A stretch of DNA of 64,000 bases, taken from Selaginella moellendorffii. Its lineage: Eukaryota; Plantae; Lycopodiophyta. Made by a program: the position numbers and the translations under genes. Numbering within the stretch: position 1 is the first letter of the stretch; each line of letters starts with the position of its first letter. Below are positions 11,176 to 23,581 of this stretch, one piece after another. The notes beneath the pieces were generated by a model that searched no databases, was not told the origin of the DNA, and saw nothing but the letters and a program-made list of their open reading frames with translations. The stretch spans positions 745,763-809,762 of the forward strand of contig NW_003314329.1 in the NCBI RefSeq assembly GCF_000143415.4, read 5' to 3'.

Positions 11176-13005
11176 CTACGCGTTAGAATCCAATGCAAAC
11201 TGCCGAATACCGATGAGCCGCTGCTTGATTTTCTTGTCAGCCAAAACATTGTTGTTCTTGATCCTCCAATTCTGCCAGCCTGCATCTGCAAAGAGATCGT
11301 TCGTAGTAACTATGTAAACGTCAACTCGGGCTGGAGGAACCTTAAAGTTGTCCATCACTCTCAAGAGTCCATTGTATTTAAGCCCGTGGGCATGTCTTCC
11401 AGAGGTCACTGTCACTTGAAAGAGCTGCAAAACATCTTGTTTTGCAGCGTTCTTGGTTAGGAGCAGAGCGTCTAAGGTGTCCTCGATGGGGTTCTCCGGC
11501 CATACTATAGAGTCGTAGACGTACGGTGAAGTCAAGTCATCAACGCTCCAAACTGTAACAGGCTTGCCGAAAGCAAATTCCTGCATTAAAGGTCCTGTCG
11601 ACTTAGTAGCCACGTCTTCAAAGACCTCACACACTCTGAAGAGCTTGGCGTTCTGCGAGATATTTCTGAAGTGTTCTTGTAAAATGCCTCCTTTCAAAGC
11701 AGCGAATCCCTCCAGTGCAGTTCCCCTGAAAGATACGAAGGCTCTGAGCGTGTTGACTTGATCCCTGTGAAGCTTCTCATACACGGTCCTCCTCACAAAA
11801 GGAGAAGCATACTGCAAGTCGTAGCTCTTATAATTGTCACGGACTCGTAGATAGAGAGCTTTATGACTTGGATGATCCGACTCGACAGCACCAGAAGACG
11901 TGGCTGTCACAACGTCTGCCAAGGCTGGCATTCTCTGAATGATGCCTACCAAATCATCCGAGGTGATCTCCAAGACATATCTCGGGATTCCACCCCATTG
12001 TTTGTATCTCTCATTCGTAGCCTGCAGATCCTTGTCCGGAAATACTACTTGCCTCAGAAGTGAAAGCTCCCTGCTAGGCCAGACCGGTAGAAAAAACTTC
12101 CTGCACGCAGCATCGTTCTCGTAGTCCTTGTAGTTGCTCCGGAGAGGTGTAGACGCAAGAAGCGCCTTTCCAAGAAAAACGGGCACGTCCGGTAGCTTTT
12201 CGTCCGCCAGAAAGACAAGGTCTCGATCCCTGTCCAGCCTCGCCTCGCTATAACTCCCAACCATGGAGGTATGGTAGTTCCCAGCCGCATCTGGATTGAA
12301 GTAGTAAAGAGAACCACCTTTTGTTCGCAACAAGACTTTCCTCTTCTCTTTGAGCAAGATGACGAGCACGTGGAGCAAGAAACCGGTCTTTCCAATGCCT
12401 GGGTTTCCCAGAACCAAGATGGCCACCCTGCGATTCTGCTCAAACAACGGTTTCACTCCAACCTCCCAAAGCTCTTTGTAGCATTCCCTTTCCAGGATCT
12501 TCACCGCGCTCTCTTTACCCCAGATAGACTGGAGCGTGTCGTTGTCACCCAAGTCCAAGACGCGCAACTTGAAGTCACTAGCAGCAGCAGTAGAATCATC
12601 CACGGGCACAAACGGCCAGGGCAGGGGCGTGATAACATTGTCTGGCGTCAAAATAGCATCGCTCCAGTTATCTATCCGGGAGACTAGATCCTCCATCCAT
12701 TCAACCCTGGCGGACAGAGCCTCGCGGAAGTGCAAGTCGAATTCATGCGGAAGAGGCCCATCTCTCACACTGCTGCCCACCATCGCCATCCAACCCTGGG
12801 GAGTAAGACGGGCCCGAACATTCGGATTGATCTGTTTGATCCATTGCCACAATCTGCTCGCGTTGGTAATCTCATCAGGGACCAGAAAGAACTCAGCACC
12901 TTCCAGCTGCTGCCTCTTCACTCTCTCTTCTCCTGCCGGATGGAAACGTACCTTTCTCTTGATGGGACGCTCCTCGTCGTCGAACAAACTCTCCTCCATT
13001 TCCAA
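11176..13005 (-). CDS. Crinkler/RHS-like protein: P-loop NTPase plus C-terminal PD-(D/E)xK restriction-endonuclease-like domain, 609 aa, intronless
   Basis: 'ILERECYKEL', Walker A 'LVLGNPGIGKT', Walker B-like 'LVFLADE', 'FLPVW..EL', 'WGGIPRYVL', and nuclease-like 'P.EDTLDAL...LFQVTV..H'. First ATG at 12999; possible splice acceptor (ttttag) just upstream. Confidence 0.8.
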   Translation of the reverse strand: MEMEESLFDDEERPIKRKVRFHPAGEERVKRQQLEGAEFFLVPDEITNASRLWQWIKQINPNVRARLTPQGWMAMVGSSVRDGPLPHEFDLHFREALSARVEWMEDLVSRIDNWSDAILTPDNVITPLPWPFVPVDDSTAAASDFKLRVLDLGDNDTLQSIWGKESAVKILERECYKELWEVGVKPLFEQNRRVAILVLGNPGIGKTGFLLHVLVILLKEKRKVLLRTKGGSLYYFNPDAAGNYHTSMVGSYSEARLDRDRDLVFLADEKLPDVPVFLGKALLASTPLRSNYKDYENDAACRKFFLPVWPSRELSLLRQVVFPDKDLQATNERYKQWGGIPRYVLEITSDDLVGIIQRMPALADVVTATSSGAVESDHPSHKALYLRVRDNYKSYDLQYASPFVRRTVYEKLHRDQVNTLRAFVSFRGTALEGFAALKGGILQEHFRNISQNAKLFRVCEVFEDVATKSTGPLMQEFAFGKPVTVWSVDDLTSPYVYDSIVWPENPIEDTLDALLLTKNAAKQDVLQLFQVTVTSGRHAHGLKYNGLLRVMDNFKVPPARVDVYIVTTNDLFADAGWQNWRIKNNNVLADKKIKQRLIGIRQFALDSNA

Positions 13006-13799
13006 ACCCTAAAACCACGAATCACAAACAATAAATGATTGTATGAGAAAACCAACGAAACCACAGTCAAACTTTCTAAGCTTTTAGAACTGCTGGAATG
13101 GGGAATTTCCACGTAGAGATTCTCAGCACAAGCGCTGCGAATCCAGGGTTACATGTTCACCTCGAAGAGCTTTCCCGCTTGTAACCTTGCGGCAGCTAGA
13201 TCGGTTTAATTCAGACTATGCAGGTGATTCTGCCTATGCTTGACATTCTTCAAAATGAAACTCTCATAGTCTATTTTCTGCGAGGACGCGGCATTTTGTA
13301 ACAAGTACGACATTTTCGGAGTAGTTCTTTTCCGGAAAGCCACAATGCGGTCAATGATTGCTGCTTGTTGCAAGAAAGGAAATAACTGTGTCCAACCTGA
13401 AGTCAAACCTTCATGTACTGAAGATCTATAGATCTTGGGCTCCAATATGGGCGTCCATTGTTCACTTTTGCAAGAAATGCATGTACAAACTGCAAGACTT
13501 TGTCCATGTGTTTAGCTTTAATTCCCACCATTGCTTCTGCTGGAAGAGTATGATCATTACAACTTAGAAGTCAAATCTTACCTGACCTGCCGTAAGCTGT
13601 TCACTAATTCACTTGGTAAAAAAAGTGTTGGAGGATCGGAACCAGAATTTTTCTGAAACTCGACCACCAAAACGTTCAAGAGCTTCGCCACCTCCTCCAA
13701 TAATGTAGCTCAGCAAAGTTTATTTCTAATATGCTTTTACCATATGCTTTGATAAGAGTGCAGCCGCCTCCAAAGTTTTTAAAAATTCTTGCCTTCACA

Positions 13800-15190
13800 C
13801 CCACAAAACTAAAGTCCACTTGAATGATTTTAAGCTGGTCACCAACAAATATTTTAATTTAATGGGATTTTATTTTTTTGGGTTTTTTTCTGTTGTGTGC
13901 ACATTATTGGGCGTGTCGATTGAATTCTTGGTGAATTGCTAGAGATAGAACAGTAGAAAATATAAGTTCATGCAAGAAAAAGATACTTTTGCCCAGACCG
14001 TAACCAAAATATCCATAACCTAATACCAAATAAGCAACTTTTAGCCTTTACGTGCTACAGGCTTGCTTCCATAATCTCATGACTATATAGCATCTGGATT
14101 ACCTTGAGAGAAAGCATGCCAACATATTGAACGTGCTCGATATCATGGACTAAGGTATGTGTTTGGAAAGCAAACTGATTAAATTTGTAACATAGTTGGT
14201 GAGAACAAAAGTTACTAATAAGGGATTATTACATGTTGATTTTGTGACATGCCAAGTTGAGCCTTACAATTTAGTTTCAATCCTTTGCTCCAAAAGTGTC
14301 ATTGGAACACAAATATGTCATTTGTCATTGTCTTGGAACTTCTCTTGGATACACTTTCAAAATGCTAACCACCAGTGGTTTCCATTAATAATGAAGAACA
14401 TTTAACTTACAAAGGCTTATGTCTCCTTATGGCACACCATCAAAGTATCAAACTCTTAAGATTTTCTTTGCCATATCTGATCCCAAGTTTGCTCGATCTC
14501 GTGAGTAACCATATCTATGCGATTTATTCTGGGGAATGATGACGATAAAATAAATGATCCAACAGTGTGCCCGAATCCAACCTTTGTGAAAAAGGTATAA
14601 ATAGCTATGTTGAAGACATAAGCTGAGTGCACCTAGTGACTCTGCTTAGGATGACAAAGTGGAATTTGAAGATGTTGGGATCCTTTCCAAGCCATTTCAC
14701 CTAACACTGATAGTTCATTCTTGAGCCTGGACAATAGTCTCGTGTACTTGCTCATTCAAGATCGTGTCGACCTTTAGCATAGTTACCACCTCATTTCTGT
14801 GACCTTTAGAAACAGCAACATGCCTACCATTTCTGCCACCAAGATCTACCCCACCACCTATAACACCAAGTGCCTCATTTTTGCCACCACCACCTATGGT
14901 ACTAAATGCCTCATTTCCACCACCACCAACAGCTTCTCTTGTGCTATAAATAGGTTCTGCATTTCTGTGCTCTCTAGAACCATCTGGCTCTTGCATGCTG
15001 ACACCTGGATCAGGATAAACCATTGCTTGGATTTGGACACCATTGCTCCCACTATGGTCTTCCTTTGAAGCAACACCTTGAATTTGTGAGGTGTCCCTAG
15101 TGAATCTAGCACAATGATCTATTTGTTTCCTAGAGAACGGGTCCATTGAGGTTGATCGGCATGCTTCTTCTATTGTGGCATGATTTATAT
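13800..15190 (-). pseudogene. Decayed intron-containing gene with a ParB/Sulfiredoxin-like domain
   Basis: 14401-14300 reads MFFIINGNHWWLAF*KCIQEKFQDNDK*H, restorable to 'IIDGNHR' by two transitions; GT-AG introns near 14582-14632 and 14177-14232; many stops. Confidence 0.5.
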
Positions 15191-15261
15191 GTCTGCATAA
15201 AAATGACAAAAAAGCTTGATTTAACATTAAAAAAATGTTTTGAAGAAAAATATTAGCAATT

Positions 15262-15648
15262 TCCTTGGTGCTAGGAAGATTGGTTTGCTGCTGAACCAAT
15301 CTTCCAATGCCAAGGGAACAAAAGAAAAAAGAAAAGGAGTAACTCCCTTAGCATTGGGAAGGTCGATTTGGCGGCGAACCAATCTTCCAGCACTAAGGAA
15401 ACTAAAGAAAAAAGGAAAGGAATAGGAATAGCTCCCTTAGCACTAAGAAGATCGGTTCAGTGGCGAACCAATCTTCTAGCACTGAGGGAACCAAGAAAAG
15501 AAAAAAAGAAGCAATTCCCTTGGCACTAGGAAGATTGGTTGGTTGCCGAACTGATCTTACAGCACCAAAGCAACGACAAGAAAAAATAAACCCAGAATCT
15601 GATATGTTGGGAAGATTGGTTTACTGCCGAACCAATCATTCCAGTGCG
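15262..15648. repeat. Array of five ~55-bp palindromes separated by A/G-rich spacers (period ~80-90 bp)
   Basis: Unit cccttagcactaggaagattggtt-N(6-8)-aaccaatcttccagcactaaggg at about 15262, 15345, 15434, 15517 and 15605. Confidence 0.9.
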
Positions 15649-16062
15649 TGAGATGCAAGTTGCTTGCGAGCTAAGAGCAAGAGATGGGGAGATGGAAAAG
15701 TAACAAAGAGAGGCATACTTTGATTGAGGAGTGTCTTTCTAGTGTCTTGAAGAGCATCTAGCGTCTTGATTGAGAAGTATCTTGAAACACATTGCAAGAT
15801 TCAAGTGTTTTTCCCTAGCAGTAAAACCCTAAAAATTAACAGTCACGATTAATGGTCACAATCAACAGTCATGATCAATGGTCATGATTTTTATTCTCTT
15901 TAATGGCAATTGCTTTCTAGATTCTAGTGATATATCAAGTTTTTAATAGTACTTTAATTTTGCAAATGGTAGGATATATTTTTTGGACAAATCCACTATG
16001 AACATAAATTTCACGTGCTCTTTCCAATGAGACAATCATTCAATGCTTTAGATATTAAGATA

Positions 16063-16412
16063 TGTGTAATTGATTATAAGAAGAATAATACTGTTGAAAT
16101 GAATGGGGTTATGAGTGAGAGGAGCCAATTAATCACAAGAGTTGTAGCATTGATTGCTTATTCTCCCTCTCATCTCCATGCTCTTTTCCCTTCAAAGATC
16201 GCATGCGAAAAAACCACAAACAAACCAACTTTTTCGAGTTATGACTCTCATTCACTTGTCACAAAAGAATGAAACTCTTTTGAAGGGAAAAGAGCATGGA
16301 GATGAGAGGGAGAATAAGCAGTCAATATTACAACTCTTATGATTAATCAACTCCTCTCACTCATAACCCCATTCATTTCAACAGTATTATTCCTCTTACA
16401 ATCAATTATACA
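16063..16412. mobile_element. Foldback / Mutator-like MITE with ~135-bp TIRs and a 9-bp TSD
   Basis: 16063-16198 is the reverse complement of 16276-16412; flanks are attaagata and attaatata. Confidence 0.85.
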
Positions 16413-16831
16413 ATTAATATAGGTGGCTCTTTAAGATTCTTATATATCTCTAGATTCTAAACGGTTGTATACTTTGTTAAAATAATTCACTTGTCCTTTG
16501 CAATGACGTAACTAATTAAAACTCACAATACAAAAGAATATTTTTATTTTTTCTTGTTAATTTCTCCCTAAATTTTTTCTAAATGCTCGAGCAAGAAGAA
16601 GATATGAGAGAATTTTACTTGAAGTTCGATCAAGAGCCTTCAATTGTTTTCTCTAAGAGTGTTATAGGAGAGAGCTTCCCCTGCAGAAGATTCAAGCTAA
16701 AGCCGGGATCAATTAGTTTGGAGAATGTATGTTGTGAAAAGGGTAATTAGATAAAAAAATCCATTTTTCTTGACAATGGTGTGGGAGAGAATAGGATTCA
16801 GTGGGACTTTGATAGATGTACAAGTCAGGAG

Positions 16832-17095
16832 TGTAAGCGACAAAATTTTTCATTTTACTTTAGTCACTTAACCACACTTCCAACCATTTGGAGGAGTTTC
16901 ACTCACAACCCCTATAAATCATATTCTAGACTTGGGGCTAGCTAGCCCCAAGAATGGCATCCCTGCCACTCAACCTTTGCACTTGATCCAAATACCACCA
17001 GATAGAGCACTTGGATCACGTAGAGCACTTGAAAGGTCAGCCCATTATGTTAAGGCCATGCCCAATCACCTTTGCCGCACTGGTGGTCTAACTGG
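16832..17095 (-). mobile_element. LTR fragment (family C)
   Basis: tgtaagcgacaaaatttttcattttactttagtcacttaacc... also present at 19076, 23868 and 29588. Confidence 0.8.
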
Positions 17096-17399
17096 GAAGA
17101 AACCCAACTTCCACATTTTCATGGCAGATGTTGCTGATGTTAATTGGTTGGTTATACGACAAGTATTTGAAGGTAATAAAAGTCAATCATTACAAAGTAG
17201 AGAGAAAAGTTGTGAGTTTTATTGGGCAAAGAGTATCAACGAATATTGCCAATGCATCAAGTCTAACTTTCATCACAAGTTCAAGCTACTTTGTTATGAA
17301 TGAATATATGCACCAATTAAAGAGGAGCATAAGGCAAAGACAAATGAGATGTGCATATGGTAGCATGAAGGAGACAAAGTGCCAATTAAACACTAAAAG

Positions 17400-19075
17400 T
17401 CTAGGCTTGCTATTAGAAAACTTGGGTTACAATGCTCAATTTTTTTCTAGGAAACCTTGTTATTGCTCCTTGAGTAGCTTGGTGTTGGATTAGTTTTGTG
17501 TTTGGTTAGAAAAAAGGTGGAATGAGCTTGTTCATGTTGTGAAAAAAAGTTAATAGTGTTGGGTGTTGTAAATCTCTATTGGTGGAGTGTGGCATTTATG
17601 TTGCATTTTATCGAATTGAGTTGGCACTTGATGTTCACATAAACCTTTGAAGTAATGACATGGGTCTTGCTTATTGTATTGCTCGATTAATGATCAAGTC
17701 ATTGTGATACTTATACCATATCCATGTGATAATGAGCAATGTGTTTACGAAGTTGCTTAGTTAAATGATAATCAACCTCAAAGTGGTTGATAGTGAAGCT
17801 AGTCTATTTATACATAGTAGCATTGAAGTAGCTTTGACTAAATTCTCTATAATGATCTAAAATATGCTAAGCTTATGTTAGTACTTTGGTTCCTTAAGTT
17901 TGCCCATTAAAGTGTTGGAAAAAGGTTGTAGCATTCATTTGCTATAGCTTGTTAGTAAATTTGTAGCACTTAGAGTAGATTGTTGGATGGAGAAGGTGTG
18001 GGGTTGAGGCATTGACATTACTAACACTTGTGTTAGTGGAAGTGGTATTGTTGTTCGAATGATGAGGAATTTTCCTTAGACCTTAATATTCCATTTCATT
18101 TTTCTTGTTAGTGTTTTGGCTCCACATTAGATCTTAAAGGTGGTTGAAGAAGGGTGTTAGTGCAATATGGATATCCAAAGATGTGGTTTTCATGATCAAG
18201 CCTTGGATGTTCATTTTGCATTTTACAGATGTTAGTGTTGGATGATAGAAGTGTGGGCAAAGATGTTTGATACTTAGATATACTGTTGGTCATGAGAATT
18301 TGTGTTGAGGTGAACCTATGTGAAGTTGTTGGTAAGAGGAAGTTGGTTGAGTCTTGAAAGTTTGCATTCCTAAACTGAGAGTCATTCTTGCTCTAGGATG
18401 GAAAATTTCTACAAATTTTCTTAGGCTTTTCCAATGGTTGATATGTTGATCACTTTGCTTGAAAACAAATTCGTTTTCGTAAGCAAATACAAACTAGTGA
18501 AAGGGTTGGAGTTGACTTCAGTTACTTTAGACTTTAGTATGTAGTTTGTATGATGTGGCCCGAAACAAATGCTGACTTTTGAGGCTAAAGCAATTGAGTT
18601 GGATAGAGTTTGGAGTTGGTGTAGAAAAGTGGTCGTTGCATTTTTTTAGAAAGGTGACCCTTATACCTTTCTTCTGTAGTGTTGTGCTTGGTGGCAATTT
18701 GCACCTTGCATTTCATTAAGACTCTATGAGAGTAGTGAGCTCTCACTGATCTTCACTTGGTCTTGGTAGCTTGGTTGAGGATGGTGATGTCCAACTTAGT
18801 TGTTTGAAGTTGAAATGTTGGTACCTGTACTATAGATTTGTTTATGAGGAGGTTGTGTACCAATATGTGTCCATCTCATAGTCTTCACTTTAGTTTCGGC
18901 TGAGTGTTGATCATGCATAGTTAGCCTTTTCAAAGCATGCTTAGAGCTATTGGCTAAATGCATTGGTGAACTTATTACAGTTGAGTTGGATTCAAGTGGT
19001 CATTTATTTTGTGCTTGTCCATGAACCTTTATCTCGTATCTAGGGTATTACGTTCATATTGGACAAGTATATGAC
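17400..19075 (+). mobile_element. Copy of the non-coding internal region of element D
   Basis: Reverse-complement similar to ~48600-50281 along its length. Confidence 0.85.
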
Positions 19076-22000
19076 TATAAATGACTAAATTTTCCATTCT
19101 ACTTTAGTCACTTAACCACGCCTCTGACCATTTGGAAAAGTCTCACTCACAACCTCCATAAGTCCTATTCTGGACTTGGGGCTGGCTAGCCCTGAGAGTG
19201 ACATCCCTGCCACTCAACCTTTGCTCTTGGTCCAAGTGCTTCATGTGTCCGATCCCATGACCGACACTCAAAGGTACCACTGACATAGCAGCCCATCATA
19301 CTAAGGCCATACCCAATCACCTTTGCTGCATTGGTGGTCCAATACCACCTACATCACAGTCCTGTCTCTCCAAGACTGGCATGAGTGGTCATTTTAGATC
19401 CACTCTTTAACATCTCGAGGACTAGCATGTTGAAAGGGCATGACTCTCCACCTTAGTTCGTAAGTCATGTTGGCAATGTGGTGGATAGAAAGGGGCTAAT
19501 TTGAGGACTTTGTGATCTTGGGAACAATATAAGGTTTTCCTCAAAGAGTTGAGGATATGATATAAATGAACGTTTGACTTAGCAAACTAGCTAATGTAGT
19601 TGTGGGAAACAACTATAGTTGGGATCACCGGGAAGATAGAGACTCCAGAATAATAAAGGAGTCACAAGACGACCCTCATATATTTGAGGCTGGTGCTCAT
19701 GAATTTGAGACCAGAATTAATGACCGTGGGATGTCAAATGCGGATGAGGACATAAGTCCTTGAAATGGTAGTAAGGGCTACCTTTTATAAATGATAGAAC
19801 AAACCCAAGGAGTTGGGGGTGTACTTAGAGGATGAGTCAGTATTCTCATCATATGGATAGATAGTCCTAAAGGGCAAAAGTAGCCCACAAAGAACAAAAA
19901 ATAATTAAGTGTTGCAGTAACACTTGCAAAGATGGTTTTTGTGAGTAGGACATGAATACAAAAAGTTGTATTCTAGTGAGTTGGCACCTTGAAGACAAAA
20001 ACCTTGCAAGTTGTTATATTAACAAAGTCTTAAAAAGTTGGATAACTCAAGTGGAGTTATGGTCCTATGGGATTGGTAGAAGCATTTGGATTGAGGTGTA
20101 TAGTGCGTCACGAAGTATGGGAGGATCATAAAATCGAAGTATAAAAACAGTGGGTATCTCATTGGTGGCAGAATGTGCCATACTAAAGTCATGGGAAAGA
20201 TGTTCCTAGAAGAAAACAACTTTGGCCTAGAGTTGGGTGCGAACACTATGGTATAGAGCTAATTGAGAGTTGGCATGGGAAACAACTATGTTGGTCTTGG
20301 CAAAGACCTAGACACAAGTGCAAAGTATCATAAAGGTGGGCTAATAGAGCCGTTGGTGTGGAGGCATAAAATGTGCCTTAATGTCAAGTTGGCGGGTTCA
20401 TGAGAACCCCTTGCCAAAGGAATCCCAATGGAAATAGGAATGGCATAGCTTAAACTGGAAAGCATGCGAAAGAGCGTGCAAAATTGGAGTGGCGTAGCGG
20501 AAGTGTGGTTTTGAGGTTTGCCATAAGGCAAAGCTATCAAGGTTTGGGAAGTAGCTCATGAGTGTTCAAAAGGATGGCTTTAAATGAAAGTTGATGGTCA
20601 AGGACTTTCACACTTATGCATGAACTATGTTACGATGGTTAGAGGACTTGCTAAACGAGATTAGCAAGTTGGGGGAACAAATATCTTAGTTGAAGTTGCT
20701 AACTTCAACAGGGGTGGCCCATAGGGCCAAGCATGGAGGAGTCCATGCATGATCGCAGACTTGTCAAGTGAGAGGGCTTGGCAATGTGGAGGAACTAAGT
20801 TCCTAAATTGTGATCTATAGCGTGCTTTAAGTATAAGTTAGTGCACTAGCATGGTGAGTCATGCCAAGCATCCTAGGTGATGCCGTTTGTAGATGCATAT
20901 ATGGAGGTTGGGTTCAAGTCCCAACCCTATAGTGCTTGGGTTCGAGTCCTAACTCACTAGGGCGTAGTGATGGTTTAGAATATGAGGACACTCATTTTTC
21001 GGTGGTTATGGACTCTCAGTGTGAAGACTGACTTGGGCACACTACCAAGTGGGGATGCCCTGGAGTTGTGATGCATAGTTAGATTGCTTAATGTGAAAGC
21101 TTGGCATTTCTAACTTGAACGCTTTGGTGCAAGTGGCACCACGACGTGGGGAATAAGATGGGGACACCTAGTCTCAGTTGCTATGGACCCTTGGCTGGAA
21201 GGGCTGGCTTGGGTGCACCGCTATGTGTGAAGGATGCCTCCGAGGTCATGGTCAACAAGTTAAAGGTCTAAAAGACCTAGTACCTATTAGCAAACCTGTT
21301 AAGGTGACAAATGTTAGATCACTAAATGATCTTACGGCTAAACAAAGACAAGGTACTTATAAGGTTAAAGAATAAGGTTCCTAGTTTAAAGTGTTGATCT
21401 GAATTATTGATAATGGTGTGGCTTGGTTAAGGAGACCAAATGGGAAGGACACTAAAAGAGAAATCAATTGTGCAGATACGATGGTATGGTGAGTTTAAGA
21501 AAGTAGTTGGGTCACCAAGTTGGGCCATGGATGGAGCCCGTAGCAGAAAATGCTAAAGAGACTTATTAGGGGTGAGCACCCTCTAGACTTGGTAAAGTAG
21601 AGCCTTTGCCATAGGACCCAAAAGGATACCTCGAGAATGGAGGTAGTGATCTTATGTTACTTGGTACAACAATTAACAGATAGGAGCAAAAGACTAGTGG
21701 CCAAATCTGGGCTGTGGAATTCATTGGAAGGAATCCAAGTGGCAAAGTTAGGCAAGGAACTCTAATGTGTTGGACATTAACGGATTGTGGGAAAGGAAGT
21801 GTGATTCCAAGAATGGATTTCGAAATGCTCCAATTTGACAAAGGTGAAAGCTCCAAGGGATGGAGTAATAAGGTAGCCAAATGATAGGGCTATGGACAGC
21901 CCTAGCATAAATTATGATAACTTTAACTTAGTGTTAAAGGTGGCACAAAATAGAAAAGAAGATGATGGTGCCCTCAAGTAGAGAACTTCCTAGGATGGGG

Positions 22001-22920
22001 AAGTGGAATTGCACAAAATGTGCAATGCAAGGTGTTGGAGACATCCAGGAAATTGACTCTGAGAAATCAGAATTAAAAATTCCAAAGTGCAAAGGTTATA
22101 TCAATGGGAACTGAGACTATTCAAGAATGAATAGTGGGATTGAGATAGAGAAGGTGTCTTTAATAAGTTTAGCGAGAATTAAATCAATAAAAGGAGAGAA
22201 CCACCACAAATTGTCGAATGAGTCTCTAAGTTGGAAAGACTATGCTCCTTAGAGGATGGACAAGGCATGGTGAGCTGTCGGTGTCAAATCATTGACGAAT
22301 ATTGGCTATGTACCAAGGATGCAAAGGGTAATACATGCTAATATTACTTTATAAAATAGTTTATTATTCGATGAGGACATCTAACTTCATCTATGGGTGG
22401 TGGAGTTGTGAGACACAAATCCCTAAGCCCTAAAATGGGGCTGAAAGGGTGCCATGTGGAAGTGGCCAAAGCGAAAGCCAAACAAGCGTAACACGTTTGG
22501 ACTAAAAGCTCCGGAGTCCAAGTTTGAGTCCGAGTCTGAGTCCGAGTCCGAGTTTAAGTCTGGGGGTGAAAGCCCAAAACATTCATCTCCTAGACCCTAG
22601 GGGGTTTGGTGAGCTCCAAAAGTATAGTAGATGGAGGATTCCAGTAGAGCCAATTTGGCTAAAAAAGAGTAGTGTAACCAAGGAAGGCTATACCCATGTG
22701 GTGGGTGATGATAGGAACTAGGGTCTAGGAACTGATAAGCGGGGTAGTTTGGTGAAGTGTTCAAAAGCCAGCTCTAGTTCCCCTGGGAGATCGAATGGTT
22801 GATGCTCCCAGTCTAAGTGTAGGTGGCACTACCTACTTAGATACTTGGTATGGCTCAATGGAACATCGCTCTAAGCCCATGGCTAGAACACCCAAAAGCG
22901 GAAGGCGGGGAGAGTACCCC

Positions 22921-23581
22921 TGTAGCGCACTTTATCTCTCTCCTCTTAAGCCAACTGAAAAAGGGGCAATTGCTTAATGAGAGAGCCCTTAATGGCTATT
23001 TTATCCCCATTTATCCCCCAAGGTTCCAAGGATCCATGGTGACAATATATTCAAATCTCATCCCATGATCACATGCGCTATAGTCACCCCTCCTTCAGAG
23101 ATGTCAATGTCCTCATTGACAATTGACTAACAACCCCTACTGAGCCAAAGGGAACTAACACCTCCATTTCCACACTAAATCTATCAATCCTTCCATTTTG
23201 TAGATTAGCTATTTCATGTGAGGCAACTAGTCATCCACCCGTATCGTAGTCCCATGGTGGATACCTTTGTCCGTGGATACTCCACACAGGAGGAAGGACG
23301 TATACATGGATGCCCAATACATACGATTTCAAATTTAGAGATAGGAATATACTTTGCTCAAGGATATATTATATTTTTAAGTAGCCACTAATCAATGGGA
23401 ATCGAACTCGTGCCATTTTCTCTTATACCAACTATAGCGCACTTTATCTCTCTCCCCTTAAACCAACTGGAAAAGGGGCAATTGCTTGATGAAAGAGTCC
23501 TTAGTGGCTATTTTATCCCCATTTATCCCCTAAGGTTTCAAGGATCCACAGTGACAGTATATCCAAATCTCATCTGCTATA
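22921..23581 (-). mobile_element. TRIM (miniature LTR retrotransposon) inserted in an LTR
   Basis: Direct repeats 22921-23082 and 23433-23581; PBS (ttatacca) next to the second repeat; PPT (gtcacccctcc) next to the first; degenerate TSD acccc/acctt. Confidence 0.85.

Noticed and set aside
14600-14700. Plus-strand copia RNase H-like 'GILSKP'
   Set aside because: Too short; the minus-strand exon/intron interpretation fits better
15262-15648. CRISPR array
   Set aside because: Eukaryotic context, degenerate repeats, spacers similar to each other and A/G-rich, no cas genes
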